The notes beneath the pieces were generated by a model that saw nothing but the letters and a program-made list of their open reading frames with translations, had not been told where the DNA came from and did no database searches. A stretch of DNA of 64,000 bases, taken from positions 62,001 to 126,000 of the forward strand of contig BAAIJX010000002.1 in the NCBI GenBank assembly GCA_054600435.1, given 5' to 3'. Source of the DNA: Neophaeotheca triangularis. Taxonomy: Eukaryota. The position numbers and the translations under genes were made by a program. Position 1 is the stretch's first letter. Each line of letters begins with the position of its first letter. This document shows positions 59,628-64,000 of the stretch, piece by piece.

Positions 59628-62060
59628 ATGCCACCGAAGAAAACCAAGACCACGAAGGCTCCCAAGGGGGCCGCCACAGGGGAAAAGGCCATCGCTCTCC
59701 CGGACGTCTCACCCAACCAGGAGCCACCGACGAAGAAGGTCAAAACGCTCAAGCTCAACGTTGGCAAGCGCCCAGTACATGGACGGCCTACCTCGAGTGG
59801 CAGCGATACGATCGCGGTGTCTCGCCCGCGACGTGTCTCCGCCCAGACTCCGCGCTACGAACAAGATGTCGAAATGAAGGACGCGGACGATGACGCCCGG
59901 GCTGTGTCCACCGCACCATCAACGCCGGCCAAGTTGTCGGCCGCTCCTTCATCGGCCTTGTCTTCAGCACCGTCTTCGTCAAAGTCAGAGTCGCCCTTCC
60001 GAGATCCCACTCCAGACGACACTGCGTACGGCGCTAATTTCGCCAAATTTTACATCAATGCTGACGAGCCGGAAGAGAAGCCACCTGCCAAAAGGCGTAA
60101 GACTCTACCCGCAGAAGGCCCTGCTAAGCCTAGCCTCCCTGAGACGGCGGTGGCGGTGAAGAAGAAGCAGCCCACGGAGAAACCATCGGAAAATGCGCCC
60201 AAGTCTGCGCCGCCCAAGACTACGAAGCAGTCAAATGGTGCAAAGCCTCCACCACAGCCTTTCCCACCTCATCCGGAATCTTTCCAACAGCACAAAGGCC
60301 TCCACCAGCATCCACGGATGCCACAGCCACAAAGGCAGCCACCACCACCTCCACCGCAGTTCATGCCTATGCAGATGCTTCCACCTCCGGACCCAGCGGC
60401 CTATGGTTTCCAGTCCATCAACCCGGCTAGCATAATCCAGATGACGGTTCGTGCTAGCATGTCGGACCCGCCAGACACCATCGAACAGATGATAGAGAAG
60501 ATCGAGGGTCTGTCATACCATCTTACGGACTTTGGACCCGGACAGAGACCACCCGGCCCCAAGCATGTTTCCATCGGCGACGGTGATCATCCACTCGACA
60601 ACTTCCTCGGTATTATCGATGATGAGAGCGACGAGTCGGATGAGCAACAAGCTGAGCGGATTCGCATTTGTGGTGTTTCCGACGAGCCTCTCCGATTCGG
60701 CATTGAGTTCATCATGAACGCTCTCGGCTCTTGGGTAGAATCGCGTGCCAGGCAGGATTGGCAGCATGAAGTCATGCGTAATGGTGGCCAATCGGTTCCC
60801 TCTCTCAACAGAAAAGGCCCTGGACGCCCCAAGAAGTACTCCGAGACTGATTTTGAAGGTCCAGCCCCACTTTTGGGTCCAGGCAACTTCGATTACATGG
60901 CTTCTCAAGAGGGTCAGTGCATCATCGCCTTCCAGAAAGTCCTCGATTGCGGTGCTTTGCAAGTGGGCAGCGTCATTCCAGAGAGGCTTGCTCTCGTTTT
61001 GTGCACGCTGTACAAACAGATCGACAAGCTCATCAATCAGAACACCAAGGAGAAGCAGCCGTGGCAGCCCATGTCGTACACCGCTCAAATCAACGCTCAA
61101 AGGCAGCGTGTTGAGGAGTGGCTGGCGCAAGAAGCTCGTCACCAGCAGGCAATGGCGGAGATGTTCGCGCAGCGCGACCGTCAGCACATGCAGATGAACG
61201 TTCCGGCGCGTCCAGGCTCCTCTTCTTTCCCGCAGCAGCAGCATCGGATGCCTCCTCAGTTCCATGGCCCCGGAGGTCAACATTTCCATCCACCTCCACC
61301 ACCGCACGTTTTGGCATCTTCTGGACCGCCTCAAAGGACTCAGATGGAGCATGGACGGGACCGGCTGCCTAAAGGTCCAATGGACAACTTGCCCATCGAC
61401 CTTTCGGGACGTATCCAGCACACTCCCGGCAGCGGCACTCACGGTCCAGCCGGTTCAAACGGCACTACAAGCGCACCACCAGGCCCCCAACCATTCCCGA
61501 CTCCAAATCACCCAGCCGTGACCAGCGATACCCGCACTCAATTCTCAAACACAGTTGGGCCTGCGGTCAAGCCATCAGCCGACGGTACCATCCACCAAAC
61601 GCACGAGTGGCAACACTACAACGCTAACAATATCTCCATAGACCTACCCAAGCGCACCAGATCCTCGCTACCAGTCCTCACAAACAACAGCTCTGACGCC
61701 CTCTCGCAAGCCCTGGGCAGCAAGCGCCGTCGGCAATTTCAGCAAACCCAACTCCCTCACACCGACACCCCCACCACCGCCTCCACCTCCCCGTCTCAGC
61801 GACAGAACGGCTCCACAGACGCCCCCTCCACAGTAACCCACGCCTCAGCTGGTTTCCAAGCCATCAACAAACCCGTTCCTCGCTCCGCGACCGCCACGCC
61901 CCCCACGGCTCTCAACAACACCGACAATGGCATCCCCGGCGCCATTTCCGTTCGCACGGCGACCAAGACGCGAAACACACGCAACAAGGTCGGCAAGGGC
62001 GGGAAGAAGGGCGAGGTGGGAGGGTTCCCGCACGCGGGAGCTGTTGTTTTGGACGAGTAG
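59628..62060 (+). CDS. Uncharacterized P/Q-rich putative nuclear protein with an AT-hook-like motif
   Basis: 810-aa ORF; NLS-like 'PPAKRRK'; 'RKGPGRPKK'. Confidence 0.78.
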   Translation: MPPKKTKTTKAPKGAATGEKAIALPDVSPNQEPPTKKVKTLKLNVGKRPVHGRPTSSGSDTIAVSRPRRVSAQTPRYEQDVEMKDADDDARAVSTAPSTPAKLSAAPSSALSSAPSSSKSESPFRDPTPDDTAYGANFAKFYINADEPEEKPPAKRRKTLPAEGPAKPSLPETAVAVKKKQPTEKPSENAPKSAPPKTTKQSNGAKPPPQPFPPHPESFQQHKGLHQHPRMPQPQRQPPPPPPQFMPMQMLPPPDPAAYGFQSINPASIIQMTVRASMSDPPDTIEQMIEKIEGLSYHLTDFGPGQRPPGPKHVSIGDGDHPLDNFLGIIDDESDESDEQQAERIRICGVSDEPLRFGIEFIMNALGSWVESRARQDWQHEVMRNGGQSVPSLNRKGPGRPKKYSETDFEGPAPLLGPGNFDYMASQEGQCIIAFQKVLDCGALQVGSVIPERLALVLCTLYKQIDKLINQNTKEKQPWQPMSYTAQINAQRQRVEEWLAQEARHQQAMAEMFAQRDRQHMQMNVPARPGSSSFPQQQHRMPPQFHGPGGQHFHPPPPPHVLASSGPPQRTQMEHGRDRLPKGPMDNLPIDLSGRIQHTPGSGTHGPAGSNGTTSAPPGPQPFPTPNHPAVTSDTRTQFSNTVGPAVKPSADGTIHQTHEWQHYNANNISIDLPKRTRSSLPVLTNNSSDALSQALGSKRRRQFQQTQLPHTDTPTTASTSPSQRQNGSTDAPSTVTHASAGFQAINKPVPRSATATPPTALNNTDNGIPGAISVRTATKTRNTRNKVGKGGKKGEVGGFPHAGAVVLDE

Positions 62061-62787
62061 CTCGGTCCTTGACAGGGGTGTGAGTTTAGTTGCGAGGGAG
62101 AGTAGAGACTTAAGAGAGGGGCGAATAAGGTAGTTTAACGGAGTTAGTAGGGACTTTCAGCGGCAGTAGGTGTGAACGAGGCGTCACGTCTTTCAGGGGA
62201 GGGGAACTTTCAGTAGCAAGGTTTAGGTAGGGTTAGCGGTAGCTGTTACTAGTGCTATAATAGGGGTGTGTTAACGCGTTTGTGACTGTAGGCTTTAGCT
62301 TAGATACCCTTTAAGAATTCTTTATGAAAGATAGGAGTTATGTTTCATATTTTAAGTTGTATGTATAGTATAGCTCGTGACTAACTGTTCCCGTGTTACT
62401 TTCTACTAATGTTATACCTCCTAGTATTAACATCTGATTGTAGTAGCTTTTACGATAGTACCAAGCCGGTATATATATCAACAGTTAAGGAATGATTGTC
62501 TATAGTAATCACTCTCCTTTAAGAGAACTAGAAATTCTTAACGCCTCTTATATACAAAGCGATGTTTGTTCCGCTATGAACAACAAACGATTAGGAAGCC
62601 CTCGAATCATTATAGTACAACCTTTTAACGAGCATCAATCCCGTCGCATACGAGTTGAAGTGAAGTTGAATGTCGGCCATCGGCGGAACGTCTTCCGGAC
62701 AACGACCGAAAGTCTCCCGATATCGCATCCAGCTCGACCTCGTCTCTATCCTGCCCGCGTGGAGTCCACACGCCCACTTCGCCGGCG

Positions 62788-64000
62788 ATGTCGATGCACG
62801 CCTCCCTCGCTCGGCCGAGTCTCTCGCAAATCCACATCTGTCGACAATGTCTCCTCCGCTCACAACGCCAACGATCCCGACATCCCCAACTCCCCCTTCC
62901 CATCAAAACCCGCCTCTTCGCAACCAGCACTCGCGAGAATGCAACCCCCCCGCCGATTAAAAAGGGCGCCCTAGCCCTCCTCGAAGAACGCGGCTACATC
63001 AACCAACTCGCCGGCGACCGCGACCTCCTCTCCCGCCTTTTAGATTCGCAGCGCGTGGGCTTCTACGCCGGCGTCGACCCCACGGCCCCCTCGCTGCATC
63101 TAGGCCATCTGCTCCCCTTCATGGTGCTCTTCTGGCTCTACCTGCACGGCCACGAAACCGTGTCGCTGGTTGGAGGCGCGACGGCTCGCATCGGGGATCC
63201 CAGCGGGCGTCTCACGTCTAGAACCCGCACCGTCGAGGATTCGTATTCGGAGGATTATGTTCGTATGGATGCGCAGTTGGGGCGCATCTGGGACGGTTTG
63301 AAGGGGTGTGGGGAGAAGTATGGATTCCAAGGGAGGGGGGAGTTTAGAGTCATGACGAATGCTGCCTGGCTTGATGGCTTGAATGTGCTGGACTTTTTGA
63401 GGGTAATGGGGAATAGTATGCGTGTGGGCACGATGTTGGGTCGGGATACGTGAGTGAGTCCTGCGGTTTTGAGAGTAGAGGTTTATCTTACGGTGAAATT
63501 TTTCTGGAACTGGAGCTGACTTGCACGCTTGCTGGCAGTGTTCGCAATAAGCTAGAGAAGGGCGACGGCATGTCCTTTTCCGAATTCACGTACCCGCTGC
63601 TCCAGGCGTGGGATTGGTGGCATTTGTACCGCAGCTCGAACGTCATGGTGCAAATCGGCGGAGGCGACCAATACGGCAACATCGTGGCAGGCATGGACGC
63701 CATCAAAACCATCTCCACCTCTCAACTCTCCACCACCAAAACCTCCCCGGCACAGCCCCCAATGGGCCTCACCGTCCCCCTCCTAACCACCTCCAGCGGC
63801 GAAAAATTCGGCAAAAGCGCCGGCAACGCCATCTGGCTGGACAAAACCCTCACCCCAACCTTCGACCTCTACGGCTTCCTGCTCAAAACCTCGGACCAAG
63901 ACATCGCTCGCTACCTCAAACTCTTCACTTTCCTCCCACTGCCCACCATCGCTTCAGCAATGCAAAACCACGCCGCGAACCCCGGCGCCCGCGAACCCCA
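62788..64000 (+). CDS. MSY1: Mitochondrial tyrosyl-tRNA synthetase (3'-truncated by window); intron 63450-63538
   Basis: 'YAGVDPTAPSLHLGH' (HIGH), 'GDPSGR', 'EFTYPLLQAWD', 'QIGGGDQYGNI', 'KFGKSAGNAIWLD' (KMSKS); presequence. Confidence 0.95.

Noticed and set aside
1..64000. CRISPR arrays, rRNA, telomeric arrays, intact transposons
   Set aside because: No spaced direct-repeat array, rRNA-like sequence, (TTAGGG)n run, or transposase/RT motifs were seen.

Overview
Gene-dense eukaryotic DNA from a filamentous ascomycete. Short GT-AG introns carry CTAAC/CTGAC branch sites; Dothideomycete affinity is inferred, not proven. About 21 protein-coding genes can be supported. In order they are: RPN2 (partial), a coiled-coil protein, a GH35 beta-galactosidase, an FMN alpha-hydroxy-acid oxidase, a single-pass Cys-domain membrane protein, MSH6, folylpolyglutamate synthase, a small charged protein, an RRN9-domain/C2H2 protein, eIF4E, a MARVEL-like protein, a conserved unknown, DNA polymerase kappa, a G1-type cyclin, mitochondrial EF-G, a small membrane protein, an SDR, an ART-like-domain protein, SWP1, an AT-hook protein and mitochondrial TyrRS (partial). 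I found no rRNA, tRNA, CRISPR array or intact transposon. The most notable observations are: an intracellular protein with an R-S-E ADP-ribosyltransferase-like motif set; a beta-galactosidase intron that needs a non-canonical GG acceptor; a GC-AG intron; a splice-dependent PTS1 on the oxidase and an unexpected -AKL PTS1 on FPGS; an orphan MCB cluster ahead of a spliced, ATG-less minus-strand unit; a long intron-containing cyclin leader; and a recurrent intergenic TACCT/AGGTA motif. Intron coordinates were read by eye and need RNA-seq confirmation.
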